The position numbers and the translations under genes are program-made. A stretch of DNA of 64,000 nucleotides from Podarcis pityusensis (taxonomy: Eukaryota). Positions 1-14,899 of the stretch are shown here, piece after piece. Position 1 is the stretch's first letter, and each line of letters starts with the position of its first letter. Below the pieces are notes generated by a model. That model had not been told where the DNA came from. It worked only from the letters and a program-made list of their open reading frames with translations, and did no database searches. The DNA is taken from the NCBI GenBank assembly GCA_964106645.2, contig OZ067052.1; one strand, 5' to 3'.

Positions 1-649
1 CGGCTTCCACAAATACTCCGCAACCCCTGGCATTTGACACAGGCTTTTGCAAATCGTGAAACATTTTGACACCAGCAAACTCACTGGTGGCTGTTTTTAC
101 CCTCCTCCCTCCCCCAGTCCAGTTTCCCTACCAGAGGAAAACCTGGTGGTTTTTTGGGGGAGCAAGTGAAAAGTGCAGTTGCAAGATTTCTGTGCCTACC
201 AGTTGCAGGGCGCCTTTCTCAGTCCCAGCTTGGAAGTAGTATCATCGCGACAGCCTCAAGGCTGCCTCTTGTGACACGTTACCTTCCACCGGCAGCCACG
301 GGCTCACGGAGGGAGGTGTTTGGGTGGCGCAGGCGGAGGCCCTTGAAAAGCAGACAGGCTCCGGAGGGGCTTCCACAGGCCCTCCTCCACCTTCGGCCTC
401 GGAAAGACGCCCCCCTCGCCCCGGGAAGCAGCGCTTCGCCCGCGGTGTCTTGGGAGGCGGCCAGGCAGCCGGCGACGGGCGACCGAGGAGCACCCACGGC
501 CGACGGCCCGCTGCTCACAAGGGTGGTCGGAGAAGGAGGAGCCCCATGGAGGCCAACGGGATCGAGCAGGCCCCGCCGACACCCCCCTCCTCCCCCAGTG
601 GCAGCCGCTGACTGCGGAGGGCAGCGGGAGGCCCCGGCCGGACACTCAC

Positions 650-652
650 CAT
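650..652 (-). CDS. ARCN1: ARCN1 (coatomer delta) first exon, initiator ATG only; the rest of the gene lies beyond the left edge
   Basis: The minus strand reads ccttcgccATG|gtgagt (Kozak GCC-ATG, then a consensus donor at 649-644) inside a CpG island head-to-head with IFT46. Identity rests on KMT2A-TTC36-TMEM25-IFT46-ARCN1 synteny and the recalled ATG-only first exon; no further ARCN1 coding sequence is in the window. Confidence 0.7.
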
Positions 653-1011
653 GGCGAAGGTGACGGCGAAGATGGCAGCAGCGGCGGCGGCGGCGGCGTC
701 TCCGTTTCCTCCTCTCCCCTCCGGGCCCGAGCGCCTCTCCGCTCCTTCTGCCTGCCACACAAGATGGCGGCCCCGAGCCACGTCTCCCAGGCGGAAGCGG
801 CGGCGTCATGCACGCAGAGGGCACGCCGCCACGCCCCTCGCCCCAACGGGTGTCCGCCAGGCCCCGCCCACCCGAGCCCATTCGCCGGTGGCAGCGCCGC
901 CGCCGCCGCCCTCCCTGCCGGTAGGGGCCGCTGCACTCCCTCGCTCGCTCCTTGGCCACTCTAGCGGGAGGATGGCGAGTTCTCGCGAGGGCTCCGAGGG
1001 CCTCGTCTCAC

Positions 1012-1025
1012 GTTTCCCTGGAGAC
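1012..1025 (+). promoter_or_regulatory. RFX X-box-like element upstream of IFT46
   Basis: GTTTCCCTGGAGAC resembles the X-box consensus GTTNCC(AT)GGNAAC and lies 50 nt upstream of the proposed ATG. IFT genes are known RFX targets. Confidence 0.6.
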
Positions 1026-1075
1026 GGGGCCGCCTAGGCCTCGCTCGCCGGGAACACTTGGTCCTACTTGGCGAT

Positions 1076-4000
1076 ATGGCAGGTGCGCCGCCGCCTCCCG
1101 CAGCGCCGCCTGAGGCCGGCCTACAGGTGAGGGAGGGCGAGCCTTTCGCGGGCTGGGTGGGTGGGTGCTCAAGGGGATCCGGCTCACGTCCCGTTTCTCT
1201 CCCCACCTCGTAGACGCGGATCGTGGAGAACCAGCCTTACGATGAGAGCCTGGACGTCAACGAGACGGAGGACGTGGCCAGCATCTACGCGCCCAGCCCT
1301 CCGCAGCCAGGTATGGGGGGCTGGGACAACGGGGTCAGTGCGGGGCGCCGGGGGGTCGCCCCCTCCGCCTCTGACTCGGCCCTTCTCTCCTGCCACCGTC
1401 TCAGGCCCTCGCCGCGTCCGCTCCCAGCACAAGAGCCTGGCCGAAAACAGCAGCGAGGAGGACGACGAGGAGATACTCAAGGTACCCACTGAACAGCAGC
1501 CTCCCCCCCCCCCCGCCCCCCGTTTCCTGCCTGGAGGGCCAAGGAAGCAGTGAGCTGGGGTCGCGGTGGTGATGGGCCGAGGACCGAGTTGGCTCCCACT
1601 CCTTCGCTTTCCCCCTCTCCCCCAGGAGAAGAAGGCCTCCCAACTGGCCTCCCAGCCTCGTTTCAGTGGGAACGAGGTAGAAGACGAGGACGACGACTCT
1701 TCAGAAACGGACTCTGATGACGATGACGACGATGAAGAGCACGGCGCTCCTCTGGAGGGGTATTTGCCATTTGGGGAGGGGGAAGTTGGCTAGGAAGGGC
1801 ATGTGCTTGGCTGCCAATATATTTGCTACTTGTTAGTAAGCTTACATGCAATCGTGCCCTTGTTTCCAATAGGCATGGCGTGTGCCAGCCTTGAAGACTA
1901 GACTGCCCAGGAACGTGCTTTCTTAAGTCGATTGATTTTGGTGGGGCAAGGGATGCCTAACTCCGCCAAGAATCCAGTGAGCAAAAACAAGTCCTGGAGC
2001 CTTCCTTGGCCTTCAGCCTCTTTCACCCACACACTCCCGGCATAGGCCAGTTGGAAAGTTGAGAAGGTTCCTGTGTGATAGCAAAGACAGTTCTTTCAAG
2101 CATTGAAGTCACACCTTTTAAGTGAGGCTTTGCTGGCTTCCAAAGGTCCCCATATACTGACATTTGGGTAGGATATTGGGTTAGGGAACCTCTGGATCGC
2201 CAGATGATGCTGAACTACAACGCCCATTATACCTGACCATTAACCACACTGGCAGCTGGGGCTGATTGGAATTGGAGTCCGGCATCCTCTGAAAGGCCAC
2301 CGCTATCCCACCTGTCCTGTAATATAGCAGCCAGGTAGAAGATGGTTGAATGTCCAAGCAGATCACGTGTCCCAGGAATATAGTGGCTTAGTTAGACCAG
2401 TCTGTTTGCTGTTTTTGGCACCACCCACCCCTACTAAACTGTGTGCTACATTAAATGTGTATCTGTATGAAACTTACAGGTTTTAAAAAATGGAGTGTGA
2501 GAATAATGCAGTTGCTAAGATTGCAGCAGGTGTGGAAGAATGTAAACCTTCCCCGATGCGGTCTTATGGAAGGTGCTATTTGCTTCAGGAGGAAATATCT
2601 TTGGCCCATAGGGGTGGCAGTCTTGTTTAAGGGTGGTGGGGTGGATAGGGGAGAGTGAGAATGCAAGCTGGCTTTTCTTTGTCTCTCCTTGAAGTCAGAC
2701 TCTCCCTCACCCTTCCTTTGAATACATCCTATTTCCATTGCCTCCTGCCCAGCCTCACCACTGACTCTTTCCCCAGGGCATACAACTCAGCAGATTATGA
2801 CTACCTGCCAGTCTCCCTGGAGATCAAGGAGCTTTTCCAGTACATCCGGAGGTGAGCGGTAATGTGGATCTTGGCCGCATTGTGGGCAGGCGTGTCTCTT
2901 TTCAGGCTTCTGCTCATGGTGTCTGCTCCTCAGGTATTCTTCACAAATGATTGACCTGGAGCACAAGCTGAAACCTTTCATTCCAGACTTCATTCCAGCT
3001 GTTGGGGACATTGATGCCTTCTTAAAGGTACTGCATCCCTTCTGACACTCCTTTACATGCAGCACTGGCTGAGAACTGCCACGCAGGACTCTTTCCCTGC
3101 AATGTCCATAGAGAACTGTCGCCTCTCTATGGAGGTGCAACAGGGCAGCACTGTCATTGCTTTGTCTCCATACCCACAGTCAACAGTGCTGAAAGGTTAG
3201 CTGCTTTGCAGAATCCTTGTAGATAAGTGGGAATAATTTTTGTTGCCCTGAAGTGATGCTTATGGCTTTCCCACTGAGCATCTGCTTGGCCACTGAGAGG
3301 ACAAAATGATGAACTAGAGGGGCCTTTGGTGTGACAGGGCAGTAAAGGCTTCTTTCAGATCCTTGGCTTTCTCAGCAGGCAGGGCCACATTTTGTTTGTT
3401 ATAGTGATTGACCATTCCCAGCAGAAACTCTCTTGACTGGTCTTATACCTGGGTGCGTACATGAAGAATAGAATAATGGGAACTCTCACATGCAAAGGAC
3501 ACCCTGGCTTGTTTCTCATAGGTTCCACGGCCTGATGGGAAGCCAGATAATCTTGGATTGCTGGTGCTGGATGAGCCATCGACCAAGCAGTCCGACCCCA
3601 CTGTTCTCTCCCTCTGGTTAACGGAAAACTCTAAGCAGCACAATGTGGCCGTAAGTGGGAGAGGGTGTGTGTGTGTGTGAAGCGACTCCTCTTGGATGCA
3701 AGGCAGCCCTTGGCTCTGATGAGGAGGCACATTGGGGCATGTTCTGGTCTCTGTTTCCAGCAGCAGATTAAAGTGAAGAGCCTGGAGAATGCTGAGAAGA
3801 ATCCCAAAGCCATTGAGAGCTGGATTGAGAGCATCAGTGAGCTGCATCGCTGCAAGCCCCCAGCTACAGTCCACTATGCTAGGTGGGCCTCTTGGAGGGA
3901 GGGATGAGGGCAAGGGCAAGGGCAAGGCCTGCCAGCACTCAGCCCCACCTTTGCTCCGTGCTGGGGGTGGGGGGAAGAAAGCCACTCTGCAGATGCACTC

Positions 4001-4876
4001 TCTGTGTGGAAGAACCATGGCCATTTCAAGCTGCTCCCTGGTATTTCTTCCTTGTAGGCCCATGCCTGATATAGATACGCTGATGCAGGAGTGGTCCCCT
4101 GAGTTTGAAGAGCTGCTGGGAAAGGTAGTGTCTGCCAACTGTCCTCCTCTCTAACTTCTAGTTTTGGCCTGGCCTAAGAGAGGGGGCTTGTCAGCAGGAG
4201 GGAGAAGCTTGTGGGCCTCTAAAGAGATTCATGCAGAGAAAGAGAGTACTGAGCTGACCTTTCCCTCTCTGCTTTTCAGGTGAGCCTTCCCACTGCAGAT
4301 ATTAACTGCAGCCTGGCAGAATACACAGACATGATATGTGGTGAGTGCCCTTTTGCTGTTGTGGTGCTCACCTATTCCAAGCCTTTTAGGGGTAGAGATC
4401 TGCTCCAGTCGGTGTTGGAATTGGCCTCATCTCAAAATGCCCCTCAGCTATGCACCACCCAGCAAAAGTCTCCTTGCTTGTTGGAATCAGACTATATAGC
4501 CATTATTTTTTCTCTTCAGCTATTCTGGACATTCCTGTCTACAAGGGCCATATCCAGTCCCTGCACACCCTTTTCTCCCTCTACTCGGAATTCAAAAATT
4601 CACAGGTAGGAGACACAAGGATCTGAAGAGCAGCAGCTCTGGTCTGGTGTCCATGTTCATGTGGGGGCACCGCTGAACGGATTGCTCCCTGAGTCTTTAC
4701 CCCAGCCTCACCCGGAGTGGCCTTGCCCTAGAGCTGCCTAAAATGATGGTGTTCTCCCTCCCCCCTTCTCTCTCCTGCAGCATTTCAAGGCTCTGGCTGA
4801 GGGCAAGAAGGTTGCAAGCCCTCCCTCCAACCCCCCCTCACAGGCTGGCGAGACAGACATCCTGAGCTTTACCTGA
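1076..4876 (+). CDS. IFT46: Intraflagellar transport protein 46 (IFT-B), ~362 aa, 12 coding exons
   Basis: Exons 1076-1126, 1214-1310, 1405-1481, 1626-1759, 2777-2851, 2934-3027, 3522-3650, 3761-3882, 4058-4124, 4280-4340, 4520-4605, 4781-4876; all GT-AG, total 1089 nt. Recognisable peptides: SETDSDDDDDDEEHGAPLEGAY, KLKPFIPDFIPAVGDIDAFLKVPRPDGKPDNLGLLVLDEPSTKQSDP, KSLENAEKNPKAIESWIESISELHR, PMPDIDTLMQEWSPEFEELLGK, HFKALAEGKK. The first two exons are less certain than the rest. Confidence 0.93.
2176..2315. mobile_element. Degenerate short hAT-like MITE (squamate repeat)
   Basis: Shares gaactacaac-cccat...gggctgat-gga-ttgtagtcc motifs with copies at ~58290-58428 and ~62085-62200. Family assigned by recognition only. 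Confidence 0.45.
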
Positions 4877-5095
4877 GACGCCTGCCTTCCCGCCCCAGGT
4901 GGGACCTGTTCCAGAGAAGTGCCAGCCTGTGATGCTGCAGGGCCTGAGGCCTTCTTGTTTGGGCAACTGCTATTCAGGCTTCCAGTGGACCTAATGGAGC
5001 ACAGTCAGGATCTGGCTCAAAGGCCCCTGACCACTCAGAAAGCCACCAGCATCTCATCTACCTTTCTTTGTACAGCTTCTGTGAGAATTTGCCTT

Positions 5096-5101
5096 ATTAA
5101 A
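5096..5101 (+). terminator. Probable IFT46 polyadenylation signal (ATTAAA)
   Basis: ATTAAA 220 nt after the stop codon, followed by T/GT-rich sequence. Confidence 0.6.
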
Positions 5102-5410
5102 GTTTTGCTTATAGTGCTACTTTGTCCTTGAAGGAGATTCACAGCTGTGGAGGGTTGGCTGCAGTCTGAGTTGTGGATGGACTCAGAACAATTTCAGAGT
5201 ACTGTGGCTATTTGGGACTCTTAAAGTGTCATTTACCAGCTCAGACACTGGCCAGCTCAGCCCATTGAGCGTTGCCAAATCTGTTAGTGGTGAGCAGACA
5301 CAATGTGTATTTCCTTCTGAGCCCTGCCTCTTTTGCCTGGGCTTAGGCTTTGGTTCCCTCCATTGGCTTTCTGAAGGGGAAGGACAGGGACGGCACTTTG
5401 ATCACAGCCA

Positions 5411-5416
5411 TTTATT
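5411..5416 (-). terminator. Probable TMEM25 polyadenylation signal (AATAAA on minus)
   Basis: TTTATT on plus, ~460 nt downstream of the TMEM25 stop codon. Confidence 0.6.
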
Positions 5417-5877
5417 TGTAAAGTGCAGAAGCTACAAAGCAGCATGCTTCAGCTCAGTTGGCAGCAGCAGCAGCGCCGGGGCTTGCCAGTTTCCCGGTGG
5501 CCTGGCTGGTCCTCTTCATGCCAAGGAAGAGCCATCACATGCAGATTGAGCCATCCCTGAGGTTGGGAAGAGGAAGGAGGAGTGGGCCAACCAATGGCTA
5601 TAGTGGGAGGGACGTTCTTCAGGGGAACATGAGTCACTTGGTGGGCCTAGAGATATACTGCAGCGTGGGGTGGGGTGGGGGCAGTCCTTGGCAGCTGCAG
5701 GTCTTCCTTGGATCACAGTCATCAATATCCTTCTTTCAGGCACTGGGGCCTCACACATGGGATCTTGCTTTAGAGGTGCAAGGCCTCTTCCCTTCAGTTC
5801 AAGCTGCCTTGGAAGTCCGCCACCTCAGGACTTCCGCTGCTGCTCTTCACACCTGCTGATGGGTGCAGCAACAGCCC

Positions 5878-9910
<4,033 letters not shown>

Positions 9911-9969
9911 CGAATTCTGCATGCTCTGCCAGAACTGTCTGGCTGGCTCCTCCTTATTCCAAAGCAGTC

Positions 9970-10052
9970 TATCCCTGACATTCTTGCATTGCAGGGGGTT
10001 GGACTAGATGACCCTCGGGTGTCCCTTCCAACTCTACAATTCTTTGACTCCT
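9970..10052 (+). mobile_element. CR1 3'-terminal fragment
   Basis: gcattgcagggggttggactagatgaccctc...cccttccaactctacaattct is a typical CR1 3' end. Related short copies occur at ~19610-19675, ~30825-30880 and ~56920-56965. Confidence 0.6.
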
Positions 10053-10239
10053 GAGCTCACCCTGCCAGCGAAAGCTTTTGCCTTCACTCCGTCTCCTTTT
10101 GAGTTCCCACAGGCATCAGGAAGGCCGCCTTTAAAACACTTGGAGTTTAAGACTGGTGATTCTGAGAAGTGATGGGGTTTATGAGTGCTTTATTAGTGTA
10201 TAAAGCAGAACTTGGCCACATGAGTGTGTTTGGGGCAGG

Positions 10240-11035
10240 TCATCTTCTGCCATCAGGACTCCTAGATCTTTCCTGGTTAGTTCAGACCCCCTTAGCAGGT
10301 CTGTGAAACTTGGATTATTATTTTTCAATCCATTGTGCATCACTTTATACTTACTTATACAGAATTGCATTTGCCATTTTACTGCTCATTCACTTAGTTT
10401 GGAGAGATCCCTTTGCACAGATCTCGTGTGTTGTGAGGCCACACCAAGTGGGTCACAGAGAAGCTGGATTCCAGCTTAGGCTGAGCAGACGAAAAGGAGC
10501 ATTGCATGTGTGTCTAGACTAGGTCAAGTGAGACACCCATTTTATCAATTTCTACAAGTGCTCTGATGTGGCAGGAGAAAGGCAGGAGCCAATTTTTAAT
10601 ACGATACATATTTCTGGCCAGTCACATGCCTGTTCCTTTCTCGTGCTACATTGCAGCACTGGTTTTCATTTAGTAGTAATGCTAAGGCAACACTATGTAT
10701 ATTGCTCTGTTAATTGCCATTTTAGAATTAACAGCGTGCACTATTAGCAATATTAAGTATAAATTAAAAGTGAAAGTGGGTCCCATGTTGCAGCTTGGGA
10801 CTCAGAGGTGGGTCTTGGGTCTGGATCTGTTGAACAACACTGCTTTAGAGCTCCTCCTACTCCCTGTATGGTAATGTTGTGACTTGTATTGGTTTCCACC
10901 AGTTTTCCAGGAGCAGATAAACAAACAGGCTTGTAATTTCCCAGATCCCTTTTGAATCCTTTTCTAAAAGTTGGTGCTACATTGACCACGTTCCAGTCCT
11001 CAGGTAGGAAAGCTCATCTTAGGAACGAGCTACGT
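10240..11035 (-). mobile_element. Fragmented CR1 ORF2 (reverse transcriptase) remnants
   Basis: ORF 10179-10370 MQFCISKYKVMH...LRGSEL...RKDLGVL resembles CR1 MQFNVSKCKVMH...RDLGV. ORF 10753-10989 VNVAPTFRKG..DLGNYKPVCL...PGKLVE resembles CR1 ANVTPIFKKG..DPGNYRPVSL...PGK. Confidence 0.7.
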
Positions 11036-11279
11036 ATTGTTTCTCAATCTGAACCATTAATACAACATAAAATTACAATGTTGTCACAGAGATCTTTATT
11101 AAGAAAGAAACAAAGCTTATTAACAAAGGTTTTTCAGGGTGCTTAATTTGCATAGTTTATTCCGGACCGTAACCCGATGGAATGTAGTTTTTATATTATC
11201 CTTGGAGCTTGAAAGGTGGGGAGTAGCACCCCCAGCTTGCCTTTGGGAGAGAAATTGTAGGCTGAGCCCTCGTTTGTCC

Positions 11280-13246
11280 CTAGCGACACACTTTCTCCCC
11301 AGAGGAAGCCTCCAGCTGGGGCTCTTTGCTTGGGCCCCTCAGTTTCTTTATCATTTCGGAGAGCATCTGATTGCAGAGGGCTGCGTACGGATTCATCAGG
11401 ACCAGCTGACGACGGGCAAAGGCACTGCCCAGTCTGGCCGCTTGCTCAAAGTCCCTATGGGCCTCTTGCTCGTGGCCTTGCAAGCGCTGGATCAGCCCTC
11501 GCTGCACAAACGCCTGGCAGGCTACACGGCCAATGCCCCTGCTAAGCTGCAGTGCCATACCCAGGTCCTCCAGGGCACCTGACAGGGAGAGAAGAAATAC
11601 ATGCAAATGATGGAGGGGAACGCCATGGAACCTGCCTTGTGAATCATAGCAGAGATATTGCAGAAGGGGAAGTGGCAGCAGCTGTGCCCACACAGTGGCA
11701 CCATCTTCAGCATGGACAGAGTTGAAATGGAAAGCAATTGTTTTATTAAGATTGGGGATTGTTTCCAGTGGTTTGGGTTCCACTTTAGGTAGCAGGTTCT
11801 TAGCTCAGAGCTTTGATTCTCAGGGACCTTGTAGGGTTGGCTGTGCCATGGGGAGATGCCCCGGTAGGTGGGTTCCCAAGCAAGCAGCAGCACCAATACT
11901 GAGCCCAGAGAACAGCTGATGGGAAGGTCTCTGAAAAGCCCTTGAAGAGGACAAGGGATGTGGTGTTCCCTGTCCAGGGGGTTTGCTCAGTCCTCCTTTT
12001 GCTAGGCTCAGGCTACACAGCAGACATGGTGCCTGTCCCAGGCAGAGGGCCCCTCTGTCAATGCAGAAACGTGGAGACAGAACAGCACTGCCTTGCTCAC
12101 TTACTTGCTGTGTTGCCCTTGAGGCGAAAGGCCTGGGCCCGGTTGTTGTAGGCTGCGGCTCGCTCAGGGAGCAGCTGAATGGCCCGGTCAAATCTCTCCA
12201 GGGCCTTCTGCAGGTCTCCAGCTTCGGCAGCTTCAATGCCCTGGATCTCTAGCTGAGTGACTTGTTCCAGGAGCGCCGGGTCAAAGGTTGCTTCTGTCTC
12301 ATTATGAGGAGAAGCACAGTTTTGTTAATAGCTCCAGGTCAAGGGCGGGGGGACAGAAGACAGCTAGACTATATAGGTATGCAACCCCCCCTCCATCCTA
12401 CAGCCACTGGAACTTCCACTGGCCTCCAATCCAGTGCTAATTACACGGCTGACTACATTACAACTGCTAAAATGCAGCAGCTCAAGAGAGCCCAGAAATT
12501 TCTCAGGGACAAGGGGACAGAAAGCCTGTGGGGAAAAGCCCACCCACCTTCTCCAGGGCAAAGTGCAATGAATTGTGGTCAGGTGACTATCAGAGGTCAG
12601 GCTGCACCACCACGGACGTGAAGCCTGCAGAAAAAGGCTGGCAAGTTTCTGAAAGCAGCCTCCCCCCCACTGCAGACCAGGGGTGCCAACTTGAATAAAA
12701 TATTTGGGGGGCAGGTATAAACCCCAAGCCACCATAATCGATCACAAGACACAATTTGAATGGCAATGCCCATCAACTTTTGGGGCCCCAGACCCCTTCA
12801 ATATTTTATTGGGGGGGTGTCGAAGGGACCTTGGCCCCTAGGAGGAGTTGGCTCCTATGCTGCTGGTGGTGAGTGAGAGGCCCTCTCTTCCAGGGCCATG
12901 ATATGAGAGCCTTGTAAAGGCCTCCTTAATGAAAAACAGAGGGATTTGCTGCTGCTCCAATTACACAGAGGTGGGTAGGTGGGACTTTCCCCTTTGCAGC
13001 CCCTCACCATCCTTGAACCTCCACTTCTTGGCAGTCTGAAGCTGCTCTGCTGCCTCCGGGAGCTCAAGGTAGAGACAGACGATGCCTCCAGGAAAGTCCC
13101 TCTCCCCTGCCCCATCTCACGCAGAAGCCAAACTCACCTTCTCCATTGAGGGTCTCCTGCTCCTCCCGCTCATCAGAGAGGTCGCCAAAAGGGGAATTGG
13201 GGTGGAATATGCTTTGCAAAACTGCCCTGTCGTGTGCTGTTGCCAT
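11280..13246 (-). CDS. TTC36: Tetratricopeptide repeat protein 36, ~198 aa, 3 exons
   Basis: Exons 13246-13138, 12293-12105, 11578-11280; total 597 nt. Peptides [61 protein letters not shown] and [16 protein letters not shown]...[33 protein letters not shown] on minus at 11100-11095. Confidence 0.93.
12678..12859. mobile_element. Short non-autonomous DNA transposon (hAT-like) in TTC36 intron 1
   Basis: Imperfect terminal inverted repeats CAGGGGTGCCAACT / AGTTGGCTCCTATG. The flanks ctgcagac and ctgctggt match only partly as an 8-bp TSD. Confidence 0.5.
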
Positions 13247-13923
13247 GTCGGCTCCTGCGGATGAGATCTTGAGTGACCTGGGAGAGCAAGTGGGGGTGAG
13301 AGAGAGAGGGGGGGGCTGGCTTACCAAGCAGCCAATAGCAATGGGGGAGGAGATGGGGCAATGCCCTGCTGCTGCTGCTGCTGCGTCTAGGTCTAAGTGG
13401 GTGCTGTTGCTGGAGCTGAAACAGGGAAGTTTTTTGACCCCCAAGCACACTCCCAGGGCTGGGGGAGGAGCAAGAAGGGCGGGAACTAACACAGTGCAGG
13501 AATAACAAAAAAGGGAGGGGGCGCACACATACCTCCAGCCAGCCCAGATGCTCTGTCCCAGAGTTCCTAGCATCACCGGTGGAACAGCAGGGCTGGAGAA
13601 AGGTCGACCCAGTCGCTTTCCCTGCTGCAGTAAAGACCAAATTTTCCTAACAGGCTTTGGGGGATTTCTGTAGCTAATCCGGATTACATTTGTTACTGTT
13701 TTGAGTCCCACGTTTTACTATGCTGTGTTACGGAGCAGTTCAAACCACGGATGCAGTGCTACTGCCCTCCACAGCAGAGGGGAGCCCATGCTGCTGGGAC
13801 TCTGCTGCTGCTGCCAGAAGTTCATATGTCCACTAATGGGCAGCTTGGTGGATGAAGGTCAGGCCTGCCACTGATCCGCCTGGCAAAAAAGGAGCCTGTT
13901 AGAAGCCATCTGGCTGCCATATA

Positions 13924-14149
13924 CAGTGGTACCTTGGGTTACATAAGCTTCAGGTTACAGACTCTGCTAACCCAGAAATAGTACCTTGGGTTAAGAACTT
14001 TGCTTCAGGATGAGAACAGAAATCGTGCTCCGGCGGTGCGGCAGCAGCAGGAGACCCCATTAGCTAAAGTGGTGCTTCAGGTTAAGAACAGTTTCAGGTT
14101 AAGAACGGACCTCTGGAACGAATTAAGTACTTAACCCGAGGTACCACTG
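13924..14149. mobile_element. Tc1/mariner (Tigger/pogo-like) MITE, 226 bp, copy 1
   Basis: TIRs CAGTGGTACCTTGGGTTA...TAACCCGAGGTACCACTG with TA on the left flank. A near-identical copy lies at 51581-51806. Confidence 0.85.
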
Positions 14150-14568
14150 TTTATGTAACCCCTGCTCAAGACTGCAACTATGCCTGGATGCTATGCCTGC
14201 CAAAGGGGCAGTTCACAGGGACATGCCCCATGGGAAACAACGGGCTCAAGCTGATCTGGGAAAACCAGCCCCCTGCCCCACTCACCGGCTACCCTCATGG
14301 TGGCATGAGAACGCTCTCCAACCATGCAGGTGATCAGTGTTCGGCAGGATATACACCACACCTGTGCCAGCCACAATTATTGTTTCTCTTGTGCAGTGAC
14401 ACTATGCCAGCTGCACTACTCTTGCGGGAACTTTTGTGCTTGGGATGCATTCCTTGAAATGCTACTCTTGCCCTGCACAAGGCCAGGTAAAAGACAAGAG
14501 CAAGCAGTCTCAACACATGGATGAGACAGTGGTGTCAGGAGGCACGGCATGGATTTGCAAGATGCCAA

Positions 14569-14899
14569 GGGATGCGGGTGGCGCTGTGGTCTAAACCACA
14601 GAGCCTAGGGCTTGCGGATCGGAAGGTCTGCAGTTCGAATCCCTTGTTCAGTCCCAGCTCCTGTCCACCTAGCAGTTCAAAAGCATGTCAAGTGCAAGTA
14701 GATAAATAGGTACCGCTCTGGCGGGAAGGTAAACGGTGTTTCCGTGCGCTGCTCTGGTTCACCAGCAGCAGCTGTCATGCTGGCCACATGACCTGGAAGC
14801 TGTCTGCGGACAAACGGGCTCCCTCAGCCTATAGAGCGAGATGAGCGAGCAACCTGTCGTCTGCGACTGGACCCAATGGTCAGGAGTACCTTTACCCTT
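14569..14899 (+). mobile_element. Sauria SINE (tRNA-derived, internally deleted)
   Basis: A-box GTGGCGCTGTGG, B-box GTTCGAATCC, body gtgcaagtagataaataggtaccgctc...catgctggccacatgacc and an ACCTTT-type tail. Confidence 0.85.

Larger units (their letters stand above)
280..1500. promoter_or_regulatory. CpG island / bidirectional promoter shared by ARCN1 (minus) and IFT46 (plus)
   Basis: Very high GC and CpG density. The divergent ATGs at 652 (minus) and 1076 (plus) are ~420 bp apart. YY1 consensus CAAGATGGCGGC at 760-771; BANP/ZBTB33-like TCTCGCGAGG at 981-990. Confidence 0.85.

Noticed and set aside
154-1037. Multiple overlapping 80-226 aa ORFs on both strands
   Set aside because: Low-complexity Arg/Pro/Gly/Ala translations typical of stop-poor CpG islands; the region is explained by the ARCN1/IFT46 promoter.
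3443-4138. 231-aa antisense ORF inside IFT46
   Set aside because: No recognisable domain; it crosses IFT46 exons and introns on the opposite strand and is likely a chance ORF.
14569-14645. tRNA-like A/B boxes (also at ~61980-62045)
   Set aside because: These are SINE heads, not tRNA genes; no complete cloverleaf is evident.
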